Shown here piece by piece: positions 22,097-32,079 of a stretch of DNA of 64,000 nt. Location of the stretch: positions 352,001 to 416,000 of the forward strand of contig OZ252299.1 of the NCBI GenBank assembly GCA_965250285.1, given 5' to 3'. A program made the translations under genes and the position numbers. The notes below the pieces were generated by a model, which was given only the letters and a program-made list of their open reading frames with translations, did not search any database and had not been told where the DNA came from. Position 1 is the first letter of the stretch; each line of letters opens with the position of its first letter. The stretch comes from Myxococcota bacterium (GTDB lineage Bacteria; Myxococcota_A; UBA9160; UBA4427).

Positions 22097-23086
22097 ATGG
22101 CGTACGAAGCGGAGCGCGCGGCGGCGATCGAGGCGGTCGAGATCGCAAGTCGACTGTGTCAGCAGGTGCAGTCGGTGCTCGTCGACGACGCGTCGATGGC
22201 CAAGAAGGACAAGTCGCCCGTGACGGTCGCCGACTTCGGAGCCCAGGCCGTGGTGTCCCACACGCTCGTCTCGGCGTTCCCCGACGTACCGCTGGTCGGC
22301 GAAGAGGACGCCGCCGAGCTGCGCCAGTCCGACAACGCCGGGCTCTGCGCCCAGGTGGTCGAGCACGTGCAGCGGGCGAAGCCCGCCCTCGGTGAGAGCG
22401 AGGTACTCGAGCTGATCGACCGGGGAACCTATGCCGGCGGCGGCGCGGGCCGGCACTGGACCCTCGACCCGATCGACGGCACGAAGGGTTTTCTGCGCCG
22501 CGATCAGTACGCGGTCGCGCTGGCGCTCATCGAAGACGGCGAGGTCGTGCTCGGAGTGCTCGGTTGTCCGAATCTGCCGGTCGACACGGCCGACCCCGAT
22601 GGCGAGCGCGGTGGCCTCTTCGTGGCCGTGAAGGGCGAGGGTACGTTCACGCGGCCGCTCACGGGCGATGCCGAGCGCCGGATCCACGTCACCGATGTGA
22701 CCGACCCGTCGGGCGCGAATTTCTGCGAGTCGGTCGAGTCGGGCCACTCGAGCCAGGACGACAGCGCGAAGGTCGCCGAGCTCCTCGGCATCACCCAGCC
22801 GCCTTTCCGGATCGACAGTCAGTGCAAGTACGCGGCGGTCGCGCGCGGCGACGCGTCGATCTATCTCCGCCTGCCGACCCGCGCCGACTACGAGGAGAAG
22901 ATCTGGGATCACGCCGCGGGCTCGATCGTCGTGCGTGAGGCCGGCGGCCGAGTGACCGACGTGACCGGCGCCGATCTCGACTTCTCGATCGGCCGGACCC
23001 TGGCGAAGAACACGGGCGTGATCGTCACCAACGGCCACGTGCACGACCCGGTGGTCGCGGCGGTCCGCCAGGTGCTCGGCGTCTGA
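22097..23086 (+). CDS. 3'(2'),5'-bisphosphate nucleotidase, HAL2/SAL1-like
   Basis: KKDKSPVTVADFGAQA, VGEED, WTLDPIDGTKGFLR, GVLGCPNLP, ESVESGHS, DSQCKY, EKIWDHAAG. Confidence 0.92.
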   Translation: MAYEAERAAAIEAVEIASRLCQQVQSVLVDDASMAKKDKSPVTVADFGAQAVVSHTLVSAFPDVPLVGEEDAAELRQSDNAGLCAQVVEHVQRAKPALGESEVLELIDRGTYAGGGAGRHWTLDPIDGTKGFLRRDQYAVALALIEDGEVVLGVLGCPNLPVDTADPDGERGGLFVAVKGEGTFTRPLTGDAERRIHVTDVTDPSGANFCESVESGHSSQDDSAKVAELLGITQPPFRIDSQCKYAAVARGDASIYLRLPTRADYEEKIWDHAAGSIVVREAGGRVTDVTGADLDFSIGRTLAKNTGVIVTNGHVHDPVVAAVRQVLGV

Positions 23087-23102
23087 GCCGCCGCGGCGAA
23101 GC

Positions 23103-24152
23103 GTGATCGAGCCGGAGCCCTTCGGCGTCACGCGGGGCGGTCTGCCCGTCGCGCGCCATCGCCTGCGCAACGCGCGGGGCACCGAGGCCGTCTTGATCGA
23201 CTACGGGGCCTCGCTCACCGAGCTGTGGGTCGACGGCGTCGACGTCGTCCTCGGCTTCGACTCGCTCGCAGGCTACGAGGCGCATCGCACCTGGTTCGGC
23301 TGCGTCGTGGGTCGCGTCGCAAATCGCACCGCGGGCGCTCGTTTCGAGATCGATGGCGAGGCGTTCGAGCTCGAGTCGAACGAAGGCACACATCATCTAC
23401 ACGGCGGGTCGCAGGGCCTCTCGACCCGGGTGTGGCAGCCCGAGCCCACCGACGGCGGGCTTCGATTCAACGTCACGAGTGAGCCGGGGGACGGGGGCTA
23501 CCCCGGCCGCCTCGACGTCGCCGTGACGTATCACTTGACCGACGACGACCGACTGCGCATCGAGTATCGGGCAACCGTCGATCGGGCGACGCCCGTGAAC
23601 CTGACCCATCACGCCTACTTCAACCTGGCCGGCCATGGGGATGTCCGTGGCCACGAGCTCGAGATCGGGTCGAGCCGGGTGGTCGAGGTCGGACCCGATC
23701 TCATCCCGACCGGCGTGCTGCGCGAAGTGGCCGAGACGCCCTTCGACTTTCGAAAGGCCAAGCCCGTCGGTCGCGATCTCGAGGCCGCCCCGGGCCAGGG
23801 GTACGACGTGAGCTACGTGCTCGCTGGCTTCGACGACGCGCAGGCGCGCGCGTCGCTCCGCCCGGCGAGGGTCGCCACGCTGATCGAGCCCCGGTCGGGG
23901 CGACGCATGGGCGTCTCGACGTCAGCGCCGTGCCTGCATCTCTACACGGGGCAGGCCCTCGACGGTCGACGTGGCAAACGCGGCGCCCGGCTCGATGCAT
24001 TCGGCGGACTGTGCCTCGAGGCGCAGCATCCGCCGGACGCGCTGCATCAGGCGGGCTTCCCATCGATCGTGTGCCGCCCGGGCACGCCCTACCACCAAGT
24101 CACCGAATACGACTTCGCCGCTGCCAACGAGGTCGACAGCGGCGAAGTGTGA
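23103..24152 (+). CDS. galM: Aldose 1-epimerase (galactose mutarotase)
   Basis: GRVANR, HHLHGG, GYPG, TPVNLTHHAYFNL, LYTG, CLEAQHPPD. Confidence 0.9.
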   Translation: MIEPEPFGVTRGGLPVARHRLRNARGTEAVLIDYGASLTELWVDGVDVVLGFDSLAGYEAHRTWFGCVVGRVANRTAGARFEIDGEAFELESNEGTHHLHGGSQGLSTRVWQPEPTDGGLRFNVTSEPGDGGYPGRLDVAVTYHLTDDDRLRIEYRATVDRATPVNLTHHAYFNLAGHGDVRGHELEIGSSRVVEVGPDLIPTGVLREVAETPFDFRKAKPVGRDLEAAPGQGYDVSYVLAGFDDAQARASLRPARVATLIEPRSGRRMGVSTSAPCLHLYTGQALDGRRGKRGARLDAFGGLCLEAQHPPDALHQAGFPSIVCRPGTPYHQVTEYDFAAANEVDSGEV

Positions 24153-24186
24153 CTCGATCGATGAGTCGGGCCAGCGAGGGCCGGGC

Positions 24187-26937
24187 TCAGCTGAGCAGCG
24201 AGAGCGTCGTCGTTCGCTGGCGCTCGGCGATCTCTTCGGGTGACTCCTCGATGACGACCTCATCGGGCTCGATCTTGAAGATGGGCTGGCCCGCCGTGAC
24301 GACCTTGCCGTCGCTGTCGGGCATCAGGTTCTCGGTCACCGTGCCCGAGAAGGGCGCGTTGATCTTGTTGAACATCTTCATCACTTCGATCACGAAGAGC
24401 GGCTGGCCTTCGTCGAAGTGCGTGCCGACGTCGGCGAGCACCGGCAGATCCGGCGCCTCGCGGGCGTAGTACGTGCCGCCCATCGGTGTGACGATCTCGT
24501 CCGAGCTCGCCTTGGGCGGCGGGTTCAGGCCCTTGATCAGATCCTTCATGATCTGTTCGTCGAGGTACTGCTCGGGGAACACCGGCTCGAGCTTCTCGTC
24601 GACGGTGATATCGAGGAAGCCCGATCGAATGCCGATGCGGGGAATCATCAGCAGCATCTCGAGGCCGAGCTGGAAGCCGCGGTGCGCCGCCTGGCACCTC
24701 GCCCACAGCTCGGCATTGCCACCGGCGATGGCTTCGGCGCCGGCGCCATCGAACAGCTTCTGCTGTTCGGCCCACTCGGAGACGCCCGTGCGTCGTTCGA
24801 CCTCCGAGTAGAAGTCCAGGGCCTCGCGGATCGCGGCGGCGTCATCCTGCCAGATCATCTCGCTCGCGGGCTTGCCCGGGGCTTCCTCCATGTGGAGGTA
24901 GTGGTAGAGCGCGTCGAGGAACCCCACCGGGTTCTCGGCGAAGTCGACCTTGTCGCCTTCGCGGATCCAGAGATGGTCGTCGTGCAGGCCGATGAACCCG
25001 GCGAGCGCATGCGGATCGGCCAGCAAACGGCCGAGCGGGCGCAGCAGCAGGGTCTCCTTCGCGGCGAACACCGTCTTGGCGTCGCGGTCGGGGATTCGAC
25101 CCAGCGTCTCCTGCGCGGCGACGTCGAGATCGACGTCCTTCGCGATCACCTCGAGCGAGCCCACGGCGGCGAGGTAAGACGACAGGAAGCGCGTGTTGGG
25201 CTTCATCATGGGCTCGAGCCCGAGCGTCCAGTTGATCAACCCGTACTGCATCTGGCAGCTGGTCTTCACGTCGTCGCCGCGAATCTCCATCTGGCGGAGG
25301 ATCTCGGCGAGGCGGTCGAGGTTCTCGGCGCGGCTCCCGGCCTCGGCGAGGATCAGCGCGATGTTGCTGTCATAGGCGCCGGCCAGGTTGTAGTAGACGA
25401 ACGAGCCCGTGTCGGGGTTCGCCACGCTGATGCCCTGGTCGTCGCGGTGCTCGAAGTCGAGCGGCTGTGACCAGCTTCGGATCATCCCACCGGCGTGGGG
25501 CTGCAGCGCCGCGTTCATGGCGTTGACGCGGATCTCGGCGCCCGAGATCGATCTCAGCTCGCGGGTCGGTCGAGGCAGGCGCGGACCGTGGAGCGTCACG
25601 AGCACCATGGCCTCGATGAGCCGGTCGACGTAGAAGCAGTCGTTCTCGTCGTCGGGGTTGGTGAACTTCAGGCGATAGGCGAGCTCGGTCACGCCGTGCT
25701 CGACCTGGATGCGCGTGTTCATCTCCATGAAGAAGTGGTCGAAGCCCTCGACGATGCACTCGAAGGTCGAGACGCTATCGAGCCCGACGCCCTGGCCGAA
25801 GCGCTCGGAGTCGTCCTCCATGTTCTGAAGCGTCTGCTTGTCCTTGGTGAGGGTCTCGGCTGCCACGCCCTCGTAGCGCGGGATCGCCTCGTCGAGCAGC
25901 TCCTGGGTCAGCGAGAACTCGAGCTGCTTCTGCTCATACATCTGGATCGAGCAGTCGCGACCGCCGAGCGACATCGCCCAGTCACCGTTGCCGATCACCT
26001 GGATCTCGTTGTGTCGCGTGGTCTCGAGGTTGAGCTCGATGAGGAAGTTTCGGTTCGAGCCGGGCGCCGTGACCTTCTGTTCGGCGAGGATCTCGAACAC
26101 CGCGTCGGCGGTCTCCTCGACCTTCGACACCACGCGCTGCCCCTTGCCGCCGCCACCGCCGATCGCCTTGTAGCGGATGCGCTTGTCGGGGTACTGGGCC
26201 CAGATCTTCTCGCTCTCGCGCTCGGCTGCGCGCTGCAGCTCCTCGATCGTGACCAGCTCGATGGTCTGGGCATAGCCGGCCTGCAGGAGCGCCTCGGCGT
26301 TCTCGATCGGCTCCTTGTCGCCCTGCCAGGCCCATGCGCCGTCGAGGCCGTTCGCCTTTGCGAGCGTCTCGAGCGCGCCCTGGTCGGGGTGGGCCTCGAG
26401 CAGCGCGATGGCCGAGATGTAGTCGACGCCCGGGATGACCGCGTTGCCGAGGGCGCGGGCGAGCTTCTTCGCCTCGTCCTTGGCGCCGGCCTTCTTGATC
26501 ACCGAGCTCGACGGGCCGATGAACTCGAGCCCCGCCTCTTCGATCGCCTCGATGAACTCGAAGTCTTCGGCCATGAAGCCGTAGCCGGCGAAGAGGTGCG
26601 TGTACCCGTTCGCCTTGGCGATGTCGATGATCTCACCGATGCGCTCGACCTTCTCGGCCTGGCCCACGCCCATGTAGTCGGCGACGCGGTGCACGTTGGC
26701 CGGGAACTTCAGGCTGCGCAGCTCGGGGGCGAGGCAGCGCGGGTAGACGATCGAATCCTTCTCGCTGAGCAGCATGCCCCATTCGCGCACGCCGCACTCT
26801 TCGAAGACGTCGAACGCCTCCTTGCGCACCGGGCCGCGGCAGACGACGAGGCACTTCACGTCCTGCAGCGAGAACGATCGCACCCAATCCGAGTCGGCTT
26901 CGTGAAACGTGCTTTCGGTCAGATCACTCAGTCGCAT
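24187..26937 (-). CDS. Acyl-CoA carboxylase alpha subunit (biotin carboxylase fused to biotin carrier)
   Basis: AGYGFMAED, FIGPS, KAIGGGGGKGQR, RDCSIQ, FMEMNTRIQVEH, C-terminal biotin site EVMKM. Confidence 0.92.
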   Translation of the reverse strand: MRLSDLTESTFHEADSDWVRSFSLQDVKCLVVCRGPVRKEAFDVFEECGVREWGMLLSEKDSIVYPRCLAPELRSLKFPANVHRVADYMGVGQAEKVERIGEIIDIAKANGYTHLFAGYGFMAEDFEFIEAIEEAGLEFIGPSSSVIKKAGAKDEAKKLARALGNAVIPGVDYISAIALLEAHPDQGALETLAKANGLDGAWAWQGDKEPIENAEALLQAGYAQTIELVTIEELQRAAERESEKIWAQYPDKRIRYKAIGGGGGKGQRVVSKVEETADAVFEILAEQKVTAPGSNRNFLIELNLETTRHNEIQVIGNGDWAMSLGGRDCSIQMYEQKQLEFSLTQELLDEAIPRYEGVAAETLTKDKQTLQNMEDDSERFGQGVGLDSVSTFECIVEGFDHFFMEMNTRIQVEHGVTELAYRLKFTNPDDENDCFYVDRLIEAMVLVTLHGPRLPRPTRELRSISGAEIRVNAMNAALQPHAGGMIRSWSQPLDFEHRDDQGISVANPDTGSFVYYNLAGAYDSNIALILAEAGSRAENLDRLAEILRQMEIRGDDVKTSCQMQYGLINWTLGLEPMMKPNTRFLSSYLAAVGSLEVIAKDVDLDVAAQETLGRIPDRDAKTVFAAKETLLLRPLGRLLADPHALAGFIGLHDDHLWIREGDKVDFAENPVGFLDALYHYLHMEEAPGKPASEMIWQDDAAAIREALDFYSEVERRTGVSEWAEQQKLFDGAGAEAIAGGNAELWARCQAAHRGFQLGLEMLLMIPRIGIRSGFLDITVDEKLEPVFPEQYLDEQIMKDLIKGLNPPPKASSDEIVTPMGGTYYAREAPDLPVLADVGTHFDEGQPLFVIEVMKMFNKINAPFSGTVTENLMPDSDGKVVTAGQPIFKIEPDEVVIEESPEEIAERQRTTTLSLLS

Positions 26938-26940
26938 GGT

Positions 26941-28629
26941 CTACTCGTGCTCTCGCTGCGGGCCGCCCATGGGCTCCGGGGTGTAGTGGCGCATCAGGAA
27001 GGCCAGATTGCGCGACAAGATGCGGCGGCTCTCGCCCGGCATGACGATGCGGTGCACCGAGCCCAGGCTGAGCGCCTCCTTCGGGTTCATCAGCTCTTCT
27101 TCGTAGCGGGCCGTCAGGCCGGCGAGTGCGGCGTCACGCGCCGCTGCTGCGTCGGCGGGGTCGGCGCCGTCGGCGATCGCCTTGTCGTAGGCCTTCGCCG
27201 CGGCCCGCACCTCGTCCTTGTACACGAAGTCGCGGCCACCGCCCGGACCCATCACGGCGATGCGAGCCATCGGCATCGCGAAGACGCGATCGGCGCCGGT
27301 GAAGTACGAGTTGTAGCTCGCATAGGCACCGCCAAACGCGTTTCGAATGATCATCGTGAGGCTCGGCGTACGAATGTCGATGATCGAGTCGAGCAGCTTG
27401 CGACCCGCCTGGATGATGCCCTTCGACTCCTGCTCGGTGCCTGGCAGGAAGCCCGTCGTGTCCTCGATGAAGATCATCGGGATGTTGTAGAGGTTGCAGA
27501 AGCGGATGAAGCGCGTGCCCTTGAGCGCGGCCGCGATGTCGATCTGACCCGACGCCACGAACGAGTTGTTCGCGACGAAGCCCACGACGTGTCCGCCGAG
27601 GCGGCCGAACGCCGTGATGATGTTGCGGGCCCGCTGCGGCTGCAGCTCGAAGTACTCGCCGTGGTCGCACACCTGCTGCAGGTACAGCGTGATGTCCATC
27701 GGCGCGTTCATGCCGGCCGGGCTCGTGAACGTCTTGCGGAAGAGCAGGTCTTCTTCGTCGACGTGTCGATCGGTCGGGTCGGAGGTCTCGTGGAAGGGCG
27801 CGCCCGTGTGGTTGTTGTCGGGCAGATACGTGAGCAGCCGCATCGCCTGGCGCAGCGAAGCGAGCTCGTCGGGCGTGACCAGGTCGCACACGCCCGACTG
27901 GCCGTGCACGCCGGGACCGCCGAGCTCGTCTGCGGTGACGTCCTCGCCCAGGGCGCTCTTGACGACGCCGGGCCCCGTCAGGCCGATGAACGTCTCGTCG
28001 CACTGAATCATGAACGAGCCCTGCCGGGGCAGGTAGGCGCCGCCGCCCGCGTTGTAGCCGAACATCAGGCTGATCGAGGGCACGAGGCCGCTGATCCTGC
28101 GCAGGGCCGTGAATGCCTCGCTGTAGCCGTCGAGGCCGCCGACGCCGGCGGGCACGAAGGCGCCGGCCGAGTCGTTCATGCCGATCAGCGGGATGCCCTT
28201 CTCGCCGGCCATGTAGATCAGGCGCGCGAGCTTGGCGCCGTTGGTCGCATCCATCGAGCCGGCGCGCAGCGTGAAGTCGTGACCGTAGACGGCGACGTCG
28301 CGGCCATCGATGCTCAGGATGCCGGTCACGATCGAAGCGCCGTCGAGGTTCGGGCCCCAGTTCTGGAAGAGCATCTGCGGCTCTTCGCGACTGAGCACGT
28401 TGATCCGCTCCCAGACCGTCATGCGCCCCTTGGCGTGCTGGGTGCGCACGCGGGCGATCCCACCGCCGAGCAGCGGCTTGCGGATCAGCTCTTCGCCGAG
28501 CGCGAGGGCCGCGTCGTACGGGTTGTCGGGCGCCGCAGTTTCGGGCGCGGCCTCGACGGGCGCGGCGGCGTTCTCTTCGGCTGCTTCGGCCGCGAGGGGA
28601 TCGTTGGTCTGATACTCGGGTTGGGCCAT
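26941..28629 (-). CDS. Acyl-CoA carboxylase carboxyltransferase (beta) subunit
   Basis: [61 protein letters not shown]. Confidence 0.93.
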   Translation of the reverse strand: MAQPEYQTNDPLAAEAAEENAAAPVEAAPETAAPDNPYDAALALGEELIRKPLLGGGIARVRTQHAKGRMTVWERINVLSREEPQMLFQNWGPNLDGASIVTGILSIDGRDVAVYGHDFTLRAGSMDATNGAKLARLIYMAGEKGIPLIGMNDSAGAFVPAGVGGLDGYSEAFTALRRISGLVPSISLMFGYNAGGGAYLPRQGSFMIQCDETFIGLTGPGVVKSALGEDVTADELGGPGVHGQSGVCDLVTPDELASLRQAMRLLTYLPDNNHTGAPFHETSDPTDRHVDEEDLLFRKTFTSPAGMNAPMDITLYLQQVCDHGEYFELQPQRARNIITAFGRLGGHVVGFVANNSFVASGQIDIAAALKGTRFIRFCNLYNIPMIFIEDTTGFLPGTEQESKGIIQAGRKLLDSIIDIRTPSLTMIIRNAFGGAYASYNSYFTGADRVFAMPMARIAVMGPGGGRDFVYKDEVRAAAKAYDKAIADGADPADAAAARDAALAGLTARYEEELMNPKEALSLGSVHRIVMPGESRRILSRNLAFLMRHYTPEPMGGPQREHE

Positions 28630-29119
28630 GGGGTCGGTCCGGTCCTGGAAGGGTGCGGCGCCGAGGCGGACCCGGTCGCCGTACGCATTCATCTCGTCCG
28701 CGCGAGGCGGCGCATTCGGTGCCTTGCTCGATCGTGCCCCGGTTCCGTGCCGGCCCGTGCGGGTCCGGTCGGGCAGAGTGCGGGGGCCGTGCAGACGCTG
28801 CATGGTCGCCGCTTCCGTTCACCGATGCATCCGGCGTGTCGAGGTTGCAGCGGGCGGATTCCCTGCGGGGCAGGGTCTCGCGCCAACCTCGAGCAGCTGG
28901 CTCGGTTGGGGCGCCGAGAGGCAGCGGGGGGCCGCGTCCTCTCGTCGAGCGCGCGCAGTCTATCGGGTTTGTCCAGGCGGAGCGAGGCTCGCGCAGAGGC
29001 AAATCGGCCCGTGGCCCGGCCCCATCCGGCCGCGTTCGGCACCAATCTGGACAGCGCCGGCGGATCGCGCCACCGTCGGCCGGTCCGACAGTGAGCAGAG
29101 AGAAGAGAGAGGAAGCACG

Positions 29120-30199
29120 ATGCCGGCACCGATCGGTCGCGACGCCGCCAAGACGAAGGCCCAGCTCGAGGATTGGTTTCGTGCGCGCGAAGAAGGCGCC
29201 GACTCGGTCACGCTCGAAGGCCTGGGCGGGCCCGAGGAGACGGGCTTCTCGAGCGACACGCTGATGTTCGACGTCGTCGTCGCGCGTGCCGGTGCCGCGC
29301 CCGAGCGCCGACCGGTCGTGGTGCGCATCGAACCGGCGACCCCGTTCCCGATCTTTCCCGAGTACGACCTCGGCCTGCAGTTTCACATGATGCAGCAGCT
29401 CGAACGCGAGGCGGTGCCGGTGCCGCGGATGATCGCGATCGAGCACGATCGCGGCCCTCTGGGCGCTCCGTTCTACGTCATGGAGCGGCTCGACGGGCGC
29501 GTCCCGACCGACACGCCGCCCTATCACACGGCGGGCTGGATCACCGAGCTCGGTGCCGGCGACCGGGCGGCGATGTGGTTCAGCGCGCTCGACGCCATGG
29601 CCGAGGTGCACAGACTCGACGTCGAACAGCCGCGCTTCGACTTCCTTCGCCGCCCCGAGGCCGGGCAGACCCCGCTGCAGGCGCAGCTCGCCTACTGGGA
29701 TCACTACCTCGAGTGGGGGATGGAGCGTGAGACCTATCCCCTGCTCGATCGTGCGCTCGCGTGGCTGAACGCGAACCAGCCTTCGAACGAGCCGACGGCG
29801 ATCTGTTGGGGCGACTCGCGCATCTCGAACCAGATGTTCGACGACACCCGCTGCATCGCGGTGATCGACTGGGAGATGGCGTTCCGAGGCAATCCCGAAG
29901 CCGACCTCGCCTGGTTCATCAGCCTCGACCGCTGCTTCACCGAGGGCATCGGCGTCGAACGGCTCGCCGGGATGCCCGACCGCGACACGACGATCGCGCG
30001 GTGGGAGGAGCGCGTCGGCCGCGCCGTCGAGCACTGGGACTACTACGAGTGCTTCGCGCTGTTTCGTTTCTCGGCGATCATGGCTCGCGTGATGCTGCAG
30101 CTGAAATACTACGAGAAGCTGCCGCAAGACGTGATGGCCGACCGCGACAACCTCGCGAGCCTCGTGCTCGAGAAGGTGCTCGCCGAGCGCGGCGCTTGA
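29120..30199 (+). CDS. APH-family phosphotransferase (ACAD10/11- or LvaA-like kinase)
   Basis: GFSSDT, LGAPFYVMERLDG, CWGDSRISN, AVIDWEMA..GNPEADLAW; GAGAGG RBS. Confidence 0.88.
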   Translation: MPAPIGRDAAKTKAQLEDWFRAREEGADSVTLEGLGGPEETGFSSDTLMFDVVVARAGAAPERRPVVVRIEPATPFPIFPEYDLGLQFHMMQQLEREAVPVPRMIAIEHDRGPLGAPFYVMERLDGRVPTDTPPYHTAGWITELGAGDRAAMWFSALDAMAEVHRLDVEQPRFDFLRRPEAGQTPLQAQLAYWDHYLEWGMERETYPLLDRALAWLNANQPSNEPTAICWGDSRISNQMFDDTRCIAVIDWEMAFRGNPEADLAWFISLDRCFTEGIGVERLAGMPDRDTTIARWEERVGRAVEHWDYYECFALFRFSAIMARVMLQLKYYEKLPQDVMADRDNLASLVLEKVLAERGA

Positions 30200-30301
30200 T
30201 GGCGGTGCCTCGCCGCGACGGAACACTCAGGGGCCCAACGACATCGAAGCGGGGAGAGCCGAGGGCGGAGCGCCGCGAGCGGAGAGCGGAGTGAGAGGTT
30301 G

Positions 30302-31012
30302 ATGTCGGACAACGACGAATCAGGCGAGAGCGCACCGCGCCAATACGGCATCGAAGACGAGCTGCCGCGCGATGGCCGAGTTGCCCGCGCCGTTCGCACG
30401 CGTCGTGCGGTGGCCGACGCGATGCTCGCCCTGATCGACGACGGCGATCTGCGCCCGACTTCGAAGGCGATCGCCGAGCGCGCCGGCGTCAGCGAGCGCA
30501 CGATCTTTCAGCATTTCGACGATCTCGAGGCGCTCTTTGGCGCCGCGTCCGAACGCGTCGGGGAGCTGATCGGCAGCCAGGCCGAGAAGGTGCCCATCGA
30601 CGGCGACTTCGAGACGCGGCTGGCCGCGTTCGTGCACGAGATGGCGTACCTGAACGAGGCGATGACGTTCGTGCGCCGCGCGTCTCGCCTCCACGAGCCG
30701 TATTCGCCGGTCTTGCAGGAGGCGCTGGGCAACCTGCGGGCCCTGCGCCGCCGCATCGGAGAGAAGGTCTTTGCGCCCGAGCTCGCGGCGCTCGACGACC
30801 CCGAGCTCCGGCGGCGCGCCGCGAACGGGATCGTGCTGCTCTCGCTCTGGAGCAGCTGGGAGAACATGCGCGCCCATCTCGGCCTCGACCGGGCGGAGGC
30901 GCGCGCGACCCTGAAGCAGGGGCTGCGTGGCATGCTCGGGCAGCCGCGCCCCGCGAGCGAGCCCGTGGAGGACGCGACCGATCCGCGCCTCATGGACGAG
31001 CCAGAGGCGTAG
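30302..31012 (+). CDS. TetR/AcrR family transcriptional regulator
   Basis: DGRVARAVRTRRAVADAML...PTSKAIAERAGVSERTIFQHFDDLEAL. Confidence 0.9.
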   Translation: MSDNDESGESAPRQYGIEDELPRDGRVARAVRTRRAVADAMLALIDDGDLRPTSKAIAERAGVSERTIFQHFDDLEALFGAASERVGELIGSQAEKVPIDGDFETRLAAFVHEMAYLNEAMTFVRRASRLHEPYSPVLQEALGNLRALRRRIGEKVFAPELAALDDPELRRRAANGIVLLSLWSSWENMRAHLGLDRAEARATLKQGLRGMLGQPRPASEPVEDATDPRLMDEPEA

Positions 31013-31033
31013 CGGTTCGAGTCTGCGCCACCC

Positions 31034-32005
31034 CTACGTGGTGCGCAGGAACTCCGAGAGGCCGTAGCCGACCTGGTCGCCGATGCGCCACTCGGTCATG
31101 CCCTCGCCGATGTGCGTGACCATCCCCTCGCGGCGATTGCGCAGCGGGATGAAGCCCTTCACGTCGCCCTCGATCTCGATCGATTCGCCCTTGCTCGTCT
31201 CGACGCGCACGTGCACCCGCTCGTGGTAGAGGCCGTTCTCGGCGTAGTCCGCCGTGATCTCTGCATGCTTGACGCCCACGAGCTCGCCGTCGCGCATGAT
31301 GACGCCGCCCGCCTTCACGTGGTCGGCGTCGCGCCGAACGATCGAGATCATGGCGCCGAGCTTCTCGCCGAAGTTCATCGTCAGCCACTCGTAGCTCTCG
31401 ATGGCTTGCCAGTGCCGCGGGCCCCAAGAGTGGTCACGCAGCCCATAGCCGTCGATCGAGATCGTCTCACCGTCGATCTCGATCGTGCCGGTCACACCCA
31501 TGTGCTGCTCGTAGTGCGCCTTGGCGAACTGGTTCTCGGCTTCACGCCCCTGCTCGTCGGGGTCACCGGCCTTGCCGTACATCGGTCCGACGGCGCGGTG
31601 TTCGAGGTCGAGGACGATCTTCTTCTTCGGGCTCTCGAGGAACGCGCTCTTCGGATCGGCCATCGACTTCGGGTCGTCGAGCTCGAGCACGCTGCCCTCG
31701 TAGACCGTGCGCAGGCGTTCGGTCGGCTCGATCACCTCGAAACGAAGGCCTCCGGCGTCGAACGCGTCGTTGTGATCGATCGGCGCGCGCTTGAAGCTGA
31801 AGAGCACGCGACCGTCTGGCATGTAGAGGCACACCGTCATCTCGGCCCGGCCTTCATTGGCGCGGTTGCCGAGCCGTACGAAGCCCCCCATCGACTTCGC
31901 CGGGTCGAAGAAGTTGAAGTACATGCTCTCGTTGAAGTTCGGCTCGGGGCCGAGCTCATGCGTGTAGTCGTCTTCCGGCTTGAGGTTGCCGAGGATCTTC
32001 GCCAT
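31034..32005 (-). CDS. Conserved hypothetical, AttH/tocopherol-cyclase-like double beta-barrel protein
   Basis: NFNESMYFNFFD, HYEQHM, GLRDHSWGPR, YGLSEF motifs; fold is inferred. Confidence 0.7.
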   Translation of the reverse strand: MAKILGNLKPEDDYTHELGPEPNFNESMYFNFFDPAKSMGGFVRLGNRANEGRAEMTVCLYMPDGRVLFSFKRAPIDHNDAFDAGGLRFEVIEPTERLRTVYEGSVLELDDPKSMADPKSAFLESPKKKIVLDLEHRAVGPMYGKAGDPDEQGREAENQFAKAHYEQHMGVTGTIEIDGETISIDGYGLRDHSWGPRHWQAIESYEWLTMNFGEKLGAMISIVRRDADHVKAGGVIMRDGELVGVKHAEITADYAENGLYHERVHVRVETSKGESIEIEGDVKGFIPLRNRREGMVTHIGEGMTEWRIGDQVGYGLSEFLRTT

Positions 32006-32079
32006 GGGGGTGTCCTCTCACTTCGGGTGTCGGGGCAGCTTCGCCGAGACCGGGCGCTCGGGCAAACGGAGCGCCGCAT

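Noticed and set aside
25495..29094. 1199-aa plus-strand ORF (and the 1030-aa minus ORF at 27134-30226)
   Set aside because: Shadow or off-frame ORFs over the carboxylase and kinase genes, which carry clear motifs.
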